Below are positions 38,975-49,004 of a stretch of 64,000 nt of DNA, in pieces. This stretch comes from Salinivenus sp. (GTDB lineage: Bacteria > Bacteroidota > Rhodothermia > Rhodothermales > Salinibacteraceae): assembly GCA_018609755.1 (NCBI GenBank), contig JAHENZ010000260.1, positions 11,672 to 75,671 of the forward strand, in the 5' to 3' direction. A program made the translations under genes and the position numbers. Position 1 is the first letter of the stretch. Each line of letters opens with the position of its first letter. Under the pieces are notes generated by a model, which saw only the letters and a list, made by a program, of their open reading frames with translations, had not been told where the DNA came from and searched no databases.

Positions 38975-41311
38975 GTGGTGTGGAATGATTTTCCCGGTCC
39001 AAATTGGCAGTCGTATCATTCATGCGCTGTGTCCCCACCGATGAAGGCCTCTTCGGCATCCAGCCCTTCTTCCTCTCCTCCTCTTCTGCAGTCGAGCGAA
39101 CTGCTTGTGGAGGCGCGGACAGATGTGTTTGATCGGGCGGCACGGCTGGCGCGAGAGGCCCTGAACACCCCGATTTCCGTACTGGCCCTCCTGCACGGAA
39201 ACGAGGTCCGCTACGGAGCCACGGAGGGAATAGATCCGGCACCGTGTCCCATCAGCGCCTCCATCTGCAAACGCCTGATCGATGCCGGGGAGCCCGCCGC
39301 CCTCTTCGACCTCGACCCGGAAGATCAGCTGTCCCGTCCTCCGGTTCTGCAACAGAAGCCGGACGTGCAGGTGGCCATGGGAACGCCCCTTCTCGTCACC
39401 CCTGCCCCTTCCAGGATGGGGCCTTCTGCAGCCGTTGGTGCCCTCTACACCGCGGACACGGCGTCGCGCAATCTTTCGGCGGCCGACCGATCCGTGCTCC
39501 GGGATCTCGCTGCCATGGTTGAGGAGGAGTTGGAACGACAGTTGTCTTCCACGTCCTCTCGTCCGTCCTCTAAGGAAGACGCAACCAGCCAGGACGTCGA
39601 GAATACGCTCCGGGAGCGAGAACGCAAGGTGGAAGCCTTGTACGAGGAGACGAAGAACCTGCTGCAGTCGGACAGTCCCGGTGAGGTCGCCGCCCGGCTC
39701 GAAGCCCTCGTCATCGACACGCTGGAGTATCCTCTTAACGCCGTCCGATTCGCTGAGGGGGACGTCCTTGCGCCTGCTCGAATCTCCGACGCAATTCCAG
39801 CACACATGCCGGATCGGCCGGAATACCCGATCTCCGGAGATAGCGTGGTGGCGCAAGTGTACCGAACGGGTCAGACTCGACTGTTTAAAGACATTCAGGA
39901 CGTGGACGATGCACACGATCGGGGGCAAGCGCGTGCTACCGCCTACGTGTCCATCGGCCAGCACGGAACCATTTCTGTGGCGAGCCTCCAACCAAACGCC
40001 ATCCAGCCCTTCGACCTTCGGCTCCTGGAAATCCTCGCCGGAAACGCGGCGGTCGTGCTCGATCGAATTCAGCGGGAAACTCGTCAGCAGCGCACCATTG
40101 ACCGCATTGAAACGCTCCGGAATCTCAGCCAGGCGATCCTTTCGGCCACTTCCACGGAAGACGTAGCCGAGACAACGCTCCAACGCCTTTCCGCCCTGGT
40201 GCCGTACGACCAAGCGAGCGTGTTGGAGTGCCCCCCCGAGGAGGAAACGATCACTCTCCTCACCATCGACGACCACGAGGCATTGTCGGACCGCGTCACG
40301 GAGGCCCGCCTCCTCCGTCACTTTCAAGAGGATGGCGAGCTCCTTCGAGAGCCTCGCTACGTGGAGGAAATTCCGGAGTCCAGCCCCGATCCCGTAGAGC
40401 GGTACCTGTATGATCGAGGCCTTCGATCGTACGTGAACGTCCCCCTGAAAACGGACGAGGACGTGATCGGCTTTCTCAACCTGGGCGCCTACCCCCCGTC
40501 TGCATATCGGTCCGAACACGTGGAGATTGCCTCTGAGGTGGCGGACATGCTGACGGTGGCGCTCCGACAGGCCCGCTACCGCGAGCAGCTGATTGAAGCA
40601 AAAGAAGAGGCCGAACAGATGAACCAGCTAAAGTCGGCCTTTCTTGCCAACATGAGCCACGAAATCCGCTCGCCCCTCACTTCCATCGTCGGCTTCGCCG
40701 AAATCCTCGACGACTACGATCTCGGGGAGGCCAACCGGTTTGCCGACCTTATCGAACAGAGCGGCAGCCAACTCCTCGACACCATCGACTCGGTTCTCGA
40801 CCTGTCAAAGCTGGAGGCCGGTGCGGTCCGTCCCAACTTCGAGCTCACGGAGGCCGTACAGGAGGTTCGCTCGGTCGTGGAGCTCGTGTCTCCCCGCGCC
40901 CAAGAGGCCGGCCTCACCCTCCACACGGAGTTTCCTTCTCCTCCCGTCGAGGCCGAACTCGACCCCAGTGCATTCCGCCGCATCCTGCGCAACCTGCTGA
41001 GCAATGCAGTCAAGTTCACCAATGCCGGGGGATCGGTTCAAGTGCGCATGCAGGCGACGGCGGACCGCATCACAGTTGCGATAAAGGATACGGGCAGGGG
41101 CATTGACGAGGCCTTCCTCCCGAACCTGTTCGATCCCTTTGAGCAGGAATCGACGCCCAAAGCAGGAGAGCATGACGGTACGGGACTCGGGCTCGCCGTC
41201 ACGAAGCGACTCGTCGAGTTGCTCGAGGGCTCCATCGAGGTAGACAGCACGAAGGGCGAGGGCACGTGCTTTACCGTCCACTTCCCCCGCACTCTACACT
41301 CAGATTCGTGA
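38975..41311 (+). CDS. Multi-GAF sensor histidine kinase
   Basis: Three GAF-like segments; HisKA FLANMSHEIRSPL; HATPase NLLSNAVKFT, DTGRGI, FDPF, GTGLGLA. Confidence 0.92.
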   Translation: MVWNDFPGPNWQSYHSCAVSPPMKASSASSPSSSPPLLQSSELLVEARTDVFDRAARLAREALNTPISVLALLHGNEVRYGATEGIDPAPCPISASICKRLIDAGEPAALFDLDPEDQLSRPPVLQQKPDVQVAMGTPLLVTPAPSRMGPSAAVGALYTADTASRNLSAADRSVLRDLAAMVEEELERQLSSTSSRPSSKEDATSQDVENTLRERERKVEALYEETKNLLQSDSPGEVAARLEALVIDTLEYPLNAVRFAEGDVLAPARISDAIPAHMPDRPEYPISGDSVVAQVYRTGQTRLFKDIQDVDDAHDRGQARATAYVSIGQHGTISVASLQPNAIQPFDLRLLEILAGNAAVVLDRIQRETRQQRTIDRIETLRNLSQAILSATSTEDVAETTLQRLSALVPYDQASVLECPPEEETITLLTIDDHEALSDRVTEARLLRHFQEDGELLREPRYVEEIPESSPDPVERYLYDRGLRSYVNVPLKTDEDVIGFLNLGAYPPSAYRSEHVEIASEVADMLTVALRQARYREQLIEAKEEAEQMNQLKSAFLANMSHEIRSPLTSIVGFAEILDDYDLGEANRFADLIEQSGSQLLDTIDSVLDLSKLEAGAVRPNFELTEAVQEVRSVVELVSPRAQEAGLTLHTEFPSPPVEAELDPSAFRRILRNLLSNAVKFTNAGGSVQVRMQATADRITVAIKDTGRGIDEAFLPNLFDPFEQESTPKAGEHDGTGLGLAVTKRLVELLEGSIEVDSTKGEGTCFTVHFPRTLHSDS

Positions 41312-41372
41312 GATACGTGCGCCGAGAAACGGGGCTTCGTCCACATTCTTCCCGTTTTGGGACGTTCGAATT

Positions 41373-41543
41373 TAGTGACCTTGCACACCGACTCTGGCGG
41401 TTTCGAACGTCGGTCACCTGACGCCACAATCGTCCCCGTTTGCTATCAGCGGTCGATCCCGAGCATATTCCGGGCAGGAAATACAGACGGAAACGGCGTC
41501 ACGATCTCTGCGATTTCTCGCGTTTCAGTTTTGCAAGCCCCTA
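41373..41543. mobile_element. MITE-like element, copy 3 (171 bp; inverted relative to copy 1)
   Basis: Reverse complement aligns along its full length with 17255-17426, e.g. shared CCCGGAATATGCTCGGGATCGACCGCTG and GCAAACGGGGACGATTG. Confidence 0.82.
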
Positions 41544-41880
41544 GTTCCGCCCCGGCAAACGGCTCGCGTTTCGACGACGGCCTGCCGTTTCGATCCTTCT
41601 CTACCTCTAAGCGGCACAGCAATCGCACCTTGGCCGGGAAACCAGATGTGCCTCAAGCAAAGCCCCCCAGACGACACCCAAGACGCACGAGTGCGTCACG
41701 CCCAAACTCACACACGGTCCGGCCCAAGCGGGGGATGGACGGCAGACGAGCCTCCACTGCTCAGGCAAGGTCTGAACGTACGATTGCTCTGCTCTGAGCC
41801 CCCCTTGCACGAAGGCGCTCCAATTCCCATCTTTTCGAGGGTCCTTTTTCTGCTCTTCTCACCTTGAATCCAGAAGACAT

Positions 41881-43008
41881 ATGGCCAAAGATCCCCTTCG
41901 TGTCGGTGTGCTTACGGGCGGCGGCGACTGTCCCGGCCTTAACGCCGCCCTCCGTGCCGTCACCAAAACCCTCATTCTCCAGCACGACGCCGAGGTCGTA
42001 GGCATCCGGGACGGCTACCGCGGGCTCGTTGAACGAAACGTGCAACCTTTAAGCTATCAGGATGTCGGCGGGATCTTGACTCGCGGAGGAACGATTCTCG
42101 GCGCCAGCAACAAGGCCGATCCGTTCAACTACCAGCCGCGGGGCGGGGCCAACGTGTCGGCTCAGGCCGTCAGTACGTGCCGCAGCCTTGACCTCAACGC
42201 CCTTGTGGCCATCGGAGGCGATGGCACCATGTCGATTGCACACGGCCTTTCTGAGCTGGGAATCAACATCGTCGGCGTTCCGAAGACCATCGACAACGAC
42301 CTGGCGGGAACCGACCGTACGTTCGGCTTCGACACGGCCGTCTCGATTGCAACAGAGGCCATCGACCGCATCCACACCACGGCTCAGAGCCACCACCGGG
42401 TCATGATCATCGAGACGATGGGCCGGTACTCGGGCTGGATTGCCCTCCACGCCGGGGTCGCCAGTGGAACCGACATTATTCTGATCCCCGAGATTGAGTA
42501 CGACATCGAAGAAGTTGCGCGCGTGTGCTATGATCGACAACAGGGCGGCCAACGGTTCACGATCATAGCGATTGCGGAAGGGGCCAAGCCGCAGGAAGGC
42601 GAACGCGTGGTTCGAGAGCGGGTCGACAAAACGTCCGACTCGGTGCGGCTCGGCGGCATTGGGCGCGTGCTCGCTGACGACCTGGAAGATCGAATGGAGA
42701 GTGAGGTGCGAACAACCATCCTTGGCCACATGCAACGTGGGGGAACGCCCACCGCGTACGACCGCAACCTTGCCACGGCTTTCGGGGCCCGTGCAGCATC
42801 ACGGGTCGCAGAGGAGACGTACGGCGTGATGGTGGCGCTTCAGGACGGGGCCTTTACCGACGTGCCGCTCTCGGACGTTGCCGACCGAACGCGCACCGTC
42901 CCCCTCAACTCCCCTCTCATTGCCTCGGCCCTCGACGTAGGCACCTCGTTTGGAGTGGACGAGATCGACTTCGACACGTCGGACACCGAGCCTTCCAACC
43001 TCGCGTAG
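41881..43008 (+). CDS. pfkA: 6-phosphofructokinase (group III type)
   Basis: GGGDCPGLN, GGTILG, IGGDGT, PKTIDND, ETMGRYSGW, GHMQRGG. Confidence 0.93.
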   Translation: MAKDPLRVGVLTGGGDCPGLNAALRAVTKTLILQHDAEVVGIRDGYRGLVERNVQPLSYQDVGGILTRGGTILGASNKADPFNYQPRGGANVSAQAVSTCRSLDLNALVAIGGDGTMSIAHGLSELGINIVGVPKTIDNDLAGTDRTFGFDTAVSIATEAIDRIHTTAQSHHRVMIIETMGRYSGWIALHAGVASGTDIILIPEIEYDIEEVARVCYDRQQGGQRFTIIAIAEGAKPQEGERVVRERVDKTSDSVRLGGIGRVLADDLEDRMESEVRTTILGHMQRGGTPTAYDRNLATAFGARAASRVAEETYGVMVALQDGAFTDVPLSDVADRTRTVPLNSPLIASALDVGTSFGVDEIDFDTSDTEPSNLA

Positions 43009-43047
43009 CCGCCCCGTACTGCTTTCTCCATCCTCCCCCTCTTTCCG

Positions 43048-43965
43048 ATGGATGTCCTCGTCACCGGAGCCACGGGCTACGTGGGCTCCTACATTCTACG
43101 CGAGCTGCTACGGGAGAACCACACGCCGCACTGCCTCATCCGCGGTTCCGCAGAGAACCTTGCTGTACAGGATGAGGCGATTGAGGTGGTCTCGGGCGAC
43201 ATCACAGAGCCGTCGTCTCTTGCCACTGCCTTCGCTGACTGCACTGCCGTCATCCATCTCGTCGGCATTATCGAGGAACACCCCGCTCGCGGTGTTACCT
43301 TCGAGCGCCTCCACGTGGATGGCACCCGGAACGTAGTGGACGCCGCGCAGGCGGCTGAGATCGAGCGGTTCATTCACATGAGTGCAAACGGGGCCCGCCC
43401 GGATGCATCGACAGAATACCAGCGCTCGAAGTGGGAGGCCGAACAGATCGTGAAAGACGCCGACTTTGCCCACTGGACGATCTTTCGTCCCGCCCTCCTA
43501 TTCGGAAAACCGGATCCCGGTCGCCCCGAGTTTTCCTCTCGTCTACTGAACGACCTCATCCGCCCCTTTCCTCTCCTACCAGTATTTGGGGACGGCTCGT
43601 ACGAGCTGCAGCCCGTCCACGCCACCGAGGTCGCCGAGGCATTCGTGCAGGCCCTGAGCGTGAAGGCGGCCCACCATCAAACGTACGTGGCCGCCGGCCG
43701 GGACCGCTTCTCGTACGTAGAGGTACTGGACCGCATTGCCGAGGGCGCCGGTCTTGAACCGAAACCGAAGGTCTACGTCCCCCTCCTCCTGGCGCGGATG
43801 GGGGTGTACACCGCGGGCCGCGCCGGTTTGCTTCCGATCTCTCCCGCACAATTCGAAATGCTCATCGAAGGCAACACCGGCGACGAGTCGGCCTTCTACA
43901 GCGACTTCGAGCTTTCGGCTACGCCCTACACCGCCGAAAATTTGGCGTACCTCGAAACGATGTAA
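43048..43965 (+). CDS. NAD(P)-dependent epimerase/dehydratase, NDUFA9-like
   Basis: VTGATGYVG, HLVGII, HMSANGA, YQRSKWEAE, RPALLFG. Confidence 0.88.
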   Translation: MDVLVTGATGYVGSYILRELLRENHTPHCLIRGSAENLAVQDEAIEVVSGDITEPSSLATAFADCTAVIHLVGIIEEHPARGVTFERLHVDGTRNVVDAAQAAEIERFIHMSANGARPDASTEYQRSKWEAEQIVKDADFAHWTIFRPALLFGKPDPGRPEFSSRLLNDLIRPFPLLPVFGDGSYELQPVHATEVAEAFVQALSVKAAHHQTYVAAGRDRFSYVEVLDRIAEGAGLEPKPKVYVPLLLARMGVYTAGRAGLLPISPAQFEMLIEGNTGDESAFYSDFELSATPYTAENLAYLETM

Positions 43966-44063
43966 GCAGCGTCCTCGCTACAACCGTCTTCTCACGTTCG
44001 GGGTAGACGGTCAGCCCCTCCTCTTTCTGTTGCGTTTTCGTCTTGACTGACTTCTCCACCATC

Positions 44064-45197
44064 ATGGCCTCTTCCCCAACCATCAACGGCATCACCGACG
44101 CCCTCGAAGCGTGGGCCCCGCCCGGATCGGCCCAAGAGTACGATAACGTCGGCCTTCAAGTCGGCGATGCGAGCCGCTCCGTAGACACCGGCCTGCTGGC
44201 GCTCGACGCCACGCCACAGGTACTGGAGGAGGCCCAGCGAACGGGCGCCGACCTCATCGTGACCCACCATCCGCTGCTCTTCCAGCCGCTCGACGGCGTG
44301 ACGGCAGACGGCTACGTCTCTACGCTCGCGCTCCGGCTGGCCGAGGCAGAGGTCGCGCTCTACAGCATCCACACAAACCTCGACGCGGCCCCGGGCGGCG
44401 TCTCGTTTGCCCTGGCCGACCGCCTCGGCCTCACGAACGTCGGCTTTCTCGACGGCTTCGACGAGACGCTCTACAAGCTCGCCGTCTTCGTGCCGGAGGA
44501 CGCGTTCGACACGGTCCGCGAAGCACTAGCCGACGCCGGGGCAGGCCGGATTGGCGACTACGAAGCGTGTGCGTTTGCCGTGGAGGGCACCGGGTTTTTT
44601 AAGCCCGGTGAGGGCACAAATCCCCACATTGGCGAAGCCGGCGGCGAGGTAGAGTCGGCTCAGGAGCGCAAACTGGAGGTGGAGGTGGCCCGCTGGCAGC
44701 TGGGCGAGGTTATGGCCGCCCTCCAGGACGCCCACCCGTACGAGGAGGTGGCTTACGACCTGTATCCAGTGCTTCAGAAAAACTCGCGGGCCGGGCTCGG
44801 AGCCATTGGCACGCTCGACGCCCCGATGCCACTTCCCGACTTCCTCGACCGCGTGGCCACCCAGCTGGACGCCGGCAGCCTGCGCTACGCGGGCGACGAC
44901 GACGCCATCATCGAGCGCGTCGCCGTATGCGGCGGGGCCGGCAGTGACTTCATCGGAACGGCCCGCGGGGCCGGCGCTGACGCGTACGTGACCGCTGACG
45001 TAAAATACCACGAGTTTTTCGACGTGCTCGACGCGAGCGGGGCTGCGGACATGGCCCTCATCGACCCGGGCCACTACGAAACCGAAGCGCTCACCGAAGC
45101 GCTCCTCCGCGACTGGCTGGCCGAACGCTTTCCCTCGGTCACGTGGCAGCGGACCGACACGCGAACGAGCCCAATGAAAACGTACGTACCGTCCTAA
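44064..45197 (+). CDS. Nif3-like dinuclear metal centre protein with PII-like (YqfO) insertion
   Basis: DNVGLQVG, THHPLLF, HTNLD, YKLAVFVP...HPYEEVAYD, VAVCGGAG, TADVKYH, GHYETE. Confidence 0.93.
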   Translation: MASSPTINGITDALEAWAPPGSAQEYDNVGLQVGDASRSVDTGLLALDATPQVLEEAQRTGADLIVTHHPLLFQPLDGVTADGYVSTLALRLAEAEVALYSIHTNLDAAPGGVSFALADRLGLTNVGFLDGFDETLYKLAVFVPEDAFDTVREALADAGAGRIGDYEACAFAVEGTGFFKPGEGTNPHIGEAGGEVESAQERKLEVEVARWQLGEVMAALQDAHPYEEVAYDLYPVLQKNSRAGLGAIGTLDAPMPLPDFLDRVATQLDAGSLRYAGDDDAIIERVAVCGGAGSDFIGTARGAGADAYVTADVKYHEFFDVLDASGAADMALIDPGHYETEALTEALLRDWLAERFPSVTWQRTDTRTSPMKTYVPS

Positions 45198-45326
45198 CCT
45201 CATTTCCGATGTATCTTTGCACGAAATGGAAGAATCCCTAAACGGTGGAACGAACTTTTAGTCGGTACTAGGGTAAATACTGAATGGCGTTCATCCGCGT
45301 TCGAACGACATCAATAAACAGTCTAT

Positions 45327-46103
45327 ATGCCGACGGCCAAAAAGAAACGAACCTCAGTAGAGGACCAGCTTCGTGCCCTGGTCCGGCTTCAACACATTGA
45401 CAATCGGATCGACCAGATCCACAAGCTCCGGGGCGATCTGCCGGACGAGATTCGGGACCTTGAGGACGAGAAGGCCGGCCTCGAAACACGCCTCGAAAAC
45501 TACCAGGAGGAGATGCAGGAGCAAGAGGTGGCCAAGCGCCAGGCCGAGCTCGACATCAAGGAGGCAGAAGGCCTGATTGAGAAGTACGAAGAGCAGCAGC
45601 TCGAAGTCCGCAACAACCGGGAATTCGACGCGCTCACGAAGGAGATTGAAGGCCAGAAGGAGCGCATCTCCGAGGCCGAGGAGACGATCGAAGAAGCCGA
45701 GGAAACGATCGAATCCCACGAGTCGGCCATCGAGGAAACCGAGCAACGCCTTGAAGAGCTCGAGGACGTGCTCGACGAAAAGCGCGATCAGCTCGAAGAG
45801 GTACGCGAGGATACGGAGGAAGAAGAGTCGAAGCTCGAAGAGATCCGCGAAGAAGCGGAAGAGCAGGTCGGCTCCCGCTACCTTAAGGCCTACTCGAAGC
45901 TCCGAGATCGCCTTCGCGACGGACGAGCGGTTGTGCCTCTCAAGCGCGGAGCTGCTGCCGGCTTCGCCGTCCCCCCGCAACGACAGGTTGAAATCCGACA
46001 GCGAAAAAATATTGTTGCCTGCGAGCACACCGGCCGCATCATCGTCGACGAGGATCTCTACAATGAGACGGTCGACGAGATGAAGGAAAAGGTCGACCTC
46101 TAA
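45327..46103 (+). CDS. Coiled-coil C4-type zinc-ribbon family protein (DUF164/CT398-like)
   Basis: LVRLQHID, VRNNREFDALTKEI, C-terminal VVPLKRG..G..VPPQRQ.EIR....CEHTGRII; conserved position after nif3. Confidence 0.88.
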   Translation: MPTAKKKRTSVEDQLRALVRLQHIDNRIDQIHKLRGDLPDEIRDLEDEKAGLETRLENYQEEMQEQEVAKRQAELDIKEAEGLIEKYEEQQLEVRNNREFDALTKEIEGQKERISEAEETIEEAEETIESHESAIEETEQRLEELEDVLDEKRDQLEEVREDTEEEESKLEEIREEAEEQVGSRYLKAYSKLRDRLRDGRAVVPLKRGAAAGFAVPPQRQVEIRQRKNIVACEHTGRIIVDEDLYNETVDEMKEKVDL

Positions 46104-46208
46104 ACGTCAGCGCAGATGGCTTCCACGAGCCACTGCGCTTTTTCAATGGAGGCCCCTTTCCTGGATTTGTCCCGAACCTTCGGGAAACACCCGGCGTTTA
46201 TCAGTATG

Positions 46209-46725
46209 ACGTGCAGGCCGGGTCATCGCTCCGTCGGCGCCGCAGTCGAGACCTTGTCTCGATTCCGTCGGCATCGGCGGTGAGGAAAGTCCGAACACCA
46301 CAGGGCGCCGTGCTTCCTAACGGGAAGGCTGCATCTTTCGGTGACTGTCGAAAGGTGCGGAAGGCACGTGCAACAGAGAGCAGTCCCGCCCCAATGTCGG
46401 GAGTCCATCTCGACTGCGTTGGGGTAAGGGGTGAAAGGGTGCGGTAAGAGCGCACCGGCGGTCTCGGTGACGAGACCGGCCAGGCAAACCCCACGGGGTG
46501 AAAGGCCAAGTCGCACCGTGTGCCGCTCGTTGGTTCGCCAGCGTCGGCACGAAGGCAGCCCACCGAGGGCCTGGACATTCGCACACGTGACTGTCCAGGG
46601 AACGGTGCAGGTAGGCCGCTAGAGACGGTCGGCGACGATCGTCCCAGATAGATGATGACCTCCCCGGCCCCGTCGCAACGGGCGTCGCGCCGGGCAGACT
46701 GAATTCGGCTTACAGGCTCGTACGT
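46209..46725 (+). ncRNA. rnpB: RNase P RNA (type A), unusually long (~517 nt)
   Basis: GAGGAAAGTCCGAAC, CAACAGAGAG, GGTGAAAGGGTGCGGTAAGAGCGCACC, GGCAAACCCCAC and AGATAGATGAT present. The 3' GAATTCGGCTTAC covaries with the 5' CCGAA in P4. Ends are approximate. Confidence 0.95.
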
Positions 46726-46735
46726 TCCGTATAAA

Positions 46736-46779
46736 ACGACCGGCTGTTCCCAACTGGGGGCGGCCGGTCGTCTTTTTTT
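46736..46779 (+). terminator. Terminator after rnpB
   Basis: CGACCGGCTGTTCCC-AACT-GGGGGCGGCCGGTCG followed by TCTTTTTTT. Confidence 0.85.
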
Positions 46780-46980
46780 GTACTGCACATAGAAAAGGCG
46801 AAGCACCCAACGGCCCTTCGCCTCTACTTCCTTAAAATGTGGAGCCCGACGTTGGCTATGTCGCCGGCAGTTCACCCAACCGAAGGCATCGCGTGCAGAC
46901 CTCGGCCTCGTGTGCCGGATCGAATGCCCATCGTCGCGGATGCACCCAGCGGTGAAAACATCCCCCAACACGGATATTTT

Positions 46981-47379
46981 CTAGTTGCCGCCTCCCTGCT
47001 GCGAACCGCCGCCAGGGGACCCTCCTCCTTGCTGACCGCCGCCCTGACCGGGAAGGGGCGCGGCATCGTCACTCGGGCTCGGAGGGGCCTGCTGTTGCTG
47101 CTGCGTCTGTCCCTCCTGCGCCCGCTCCTGAATGATACTCCGTTGATCCTCCCCTCCGATAAAGAAGTTGCTGATGACGCAGAGGGCAATGAAAAGCGCC
47201 CCAAGCGTCCAGGTCGCCTTTTCGAGCACGTCCGGCGCCTGCCGTGTGCCAAGCACCTGACGGGTGGCTCCCCCCTGCGCGATGCCGGAAAGTCCACCGC
47301 CCTGTCCACTCTGGAGCAGAATCACCAGAATCAACACGGCGGCAATGAGGGCGATGAAGACGACCATCATCGAAAACAT
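46981..47379 (-). CDS. secG: Preprotein translocase subunit SecG
   Basis: LILVILLQSGQGGGLSG, LEKATW.LG.LF; Q/G-rich tail. Confidence 0.95.
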   Translation of the reverse strand: MFSMMVVFIALIAAVLILVILLQSGQGGGLSGIAQGGATRQVLGTRQAPDVLEKATWTLGALFIALCVISNFFIGGEDQRSIIQERAQEGQTQQQQQAPPSPSDDAAPLPGQGGGQQGGGSPGGGSQQGGGN

Positions 47380-47460
47380 AACGTCAGCGTCCGCTTGTGA
47401 AATTCAATACTCGGGAAGCGCGAAAATCTCTCTTCTGGCAATACACTACGAGGCTTCGGC

Positions 47461-48003
47461 TCATTCGTTCACGTGCGCGGCGGCGTAGACGAGTGCCGTG
47501 ATGGTTTTCATGTCTTTGATCTCCCCCTCTCGCGCCTTCTTCACAGCCTCCTCGAAATCCATCGACACGACCTCTACAAACTCTCCGTCCGCCAGCGCCT
47601 GTTCGCCGCGCTCTAGACCGAAGGCCGCGTACACGTGAATGAGCTCGTTGCTGTACCCAATGCACGGGTACGCAGCGCCAAGCTTCTCGAAGCGATCGGC
47701 GCGCCAGCCGGTCTCCTCCTCTAGCTCCCGCGCCGCCACGTCTACCGGATCCTCATCGGGCTCGTCGAGCTTGCCCGCAGGCACCTCCAAAAACGCGCGG
47801 CGGGGCGGAAAGCGAAACTGCCGCACCAAAAGCGTCCGCCCGTTCTCAAAAATCGGGACGATCGCGGAAGCCCCCGGATGATTGATCCATTCCCGGACCG
47901 AGGTGTTGCCATTGGGGAGACGCACTTCGTCCCGGAACGCCTTCAGCAACACCCCATCGACCAGCTCTTCAGACGACAGCGACGTTTCGGCAAGATCATT
48001 CAT
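47461..48003 (-). CDS. ADP-ribose pyrophosphatase-like Nudix hydrolase
   Basis: HPGASAIVP, LVRQFRFP, EVPAGKLDE..AARELEEETG, IKDMKT. Confidence 0.92.
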   Translation of the reverse strand: MNDLAETSLSSEELVDGVLLKAFRDEVRLPNGNTSVREWINHPGASAIVPIFENGRTLLVRQFRFPPRRAFLEVPAGKLDEPDEDPVDVAARELEEETGWRADRFEKLGAAYPCIGYSNELIHVYAAFGLERGEQALADGEFVEVVSMDFEEAVKKAREGEIKDMKTITALVYAAAHVNE

Positions 48004-48127
48004 GAACCCAAGAGACCATCAGTGTGAACCGGGGCTGCGAACGAGGGTCCATGTCGCGTGCTCCCCCTCTGCCCGTTTTTCACACAGCCCCCACCCGTCG
48101 CGCGTTCATCCTCGGCAATTCTTCCCT

Positions 48128-48889
48128 TCAACTCCCATCTGTTTGACCAATCGCCCCGGAGCGTGCGGCCTGCGCATGGAGCATGACTGCAGTCGTGGTG
48201 GCAATGCCCGCCGTTTCCGCCCGGAGCCGCCGCCGGCCGAGGGTCACGGTCGTGCATCCAGCGTCAATGGCAGTCTCCACTTCGCCCGGAGCAAAGCCCC
48301 CTTCCGGCCCCACGAGCGCCAGGACCGAACCTGGACAATCGCCGAGTGCAGACCACAGAGGAGCGCCACCCGCCTCACCGTGACAAACGAGCCGACAGTT
48401 CGCCGTGGTCTCGTCGAGGAGCGAGGGGAGAGACTGCGGATCAGCGAGCTCCGGGAGCCAACTCCGCCGACACTGCTTGAGGGCGGCAATCATCACCTTC
48501 TGCAGCCGATCGGCCCGGATGGTGTCACGCTCCGTGTGGCGGGTGCGGAGGGGGACGATACGCCGAACCCCCAGCTCCACCGCCTTCTCGACAAACGTTT
48601 CAAAACGGCTTCGCTTCGTGAGAATGCCGAGCGCCACTGTCACGTGCACGTCGGGCTCTCCCACGTCCTCCCGCCGCTCCTGAATGGAGCCGACGACCTG
48701 CTCCCGCCCGAGATGGTCGATCTGTACGCGATACCAGCCGCCCGTTCCGTCCACCACCACAATTTCGTCGCCCTGCTCGGCCCGAAGGACGGACCGCAGA
48801 TGCTGAGCCTCATCGGCCGGTAGCACCACGCGCGAGCTCCGGATGGCCGAGGGCGGCGCATAAAAATTTGTCGTCATCGCGTTCGCCAT
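48128..48889 (-). CDS. rsmE: 16S rRNA m3U1498 methyltransferase
   Basis: HLRSVLR, EKAVELGV, AALKQC.R, VGPEGGF, LG.RRLRAETA. Confidence 0.95.
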   Translation of the reverse strand: MANAMTTNFYAPPSAIRSSRVVLPADEAQHLRSVLRAEQGDEIVVVDGTGGWYRVQIDHLGREQVVGSIQERREDVGEPDVHVTVALGILTKRSRFETFVEKAVELGVRRIVPLRTRHTERDTIRADRLQKVMIAALKQCRRSWLPELADPQSLPSLLDETTANCRLVCHGEAGGAPLWSALGDCPGSVLALVGPEGGFAPGEVETAIDAGCTTVTLGRRRLRAETAGIATTTAVMLHAQAARSGAIGQTDGS

Positions 48890-49004
48890 TCTCGTTTGGG
48901 ACTTCAGCGCGTAGAAATACCATTCACAAACTCATAACGCCTCCCCTCAACACCCCCTCGCCGGGACGGACTCCCTCCTCATCGTTGACCGTCTATCAGT
49001 GGGT

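Noticed and set aside
44064-46725. nif3-zinc ribbon-rnpB clustering as a novel system
   Set aside because: This synteny is a known conserved arrangement.
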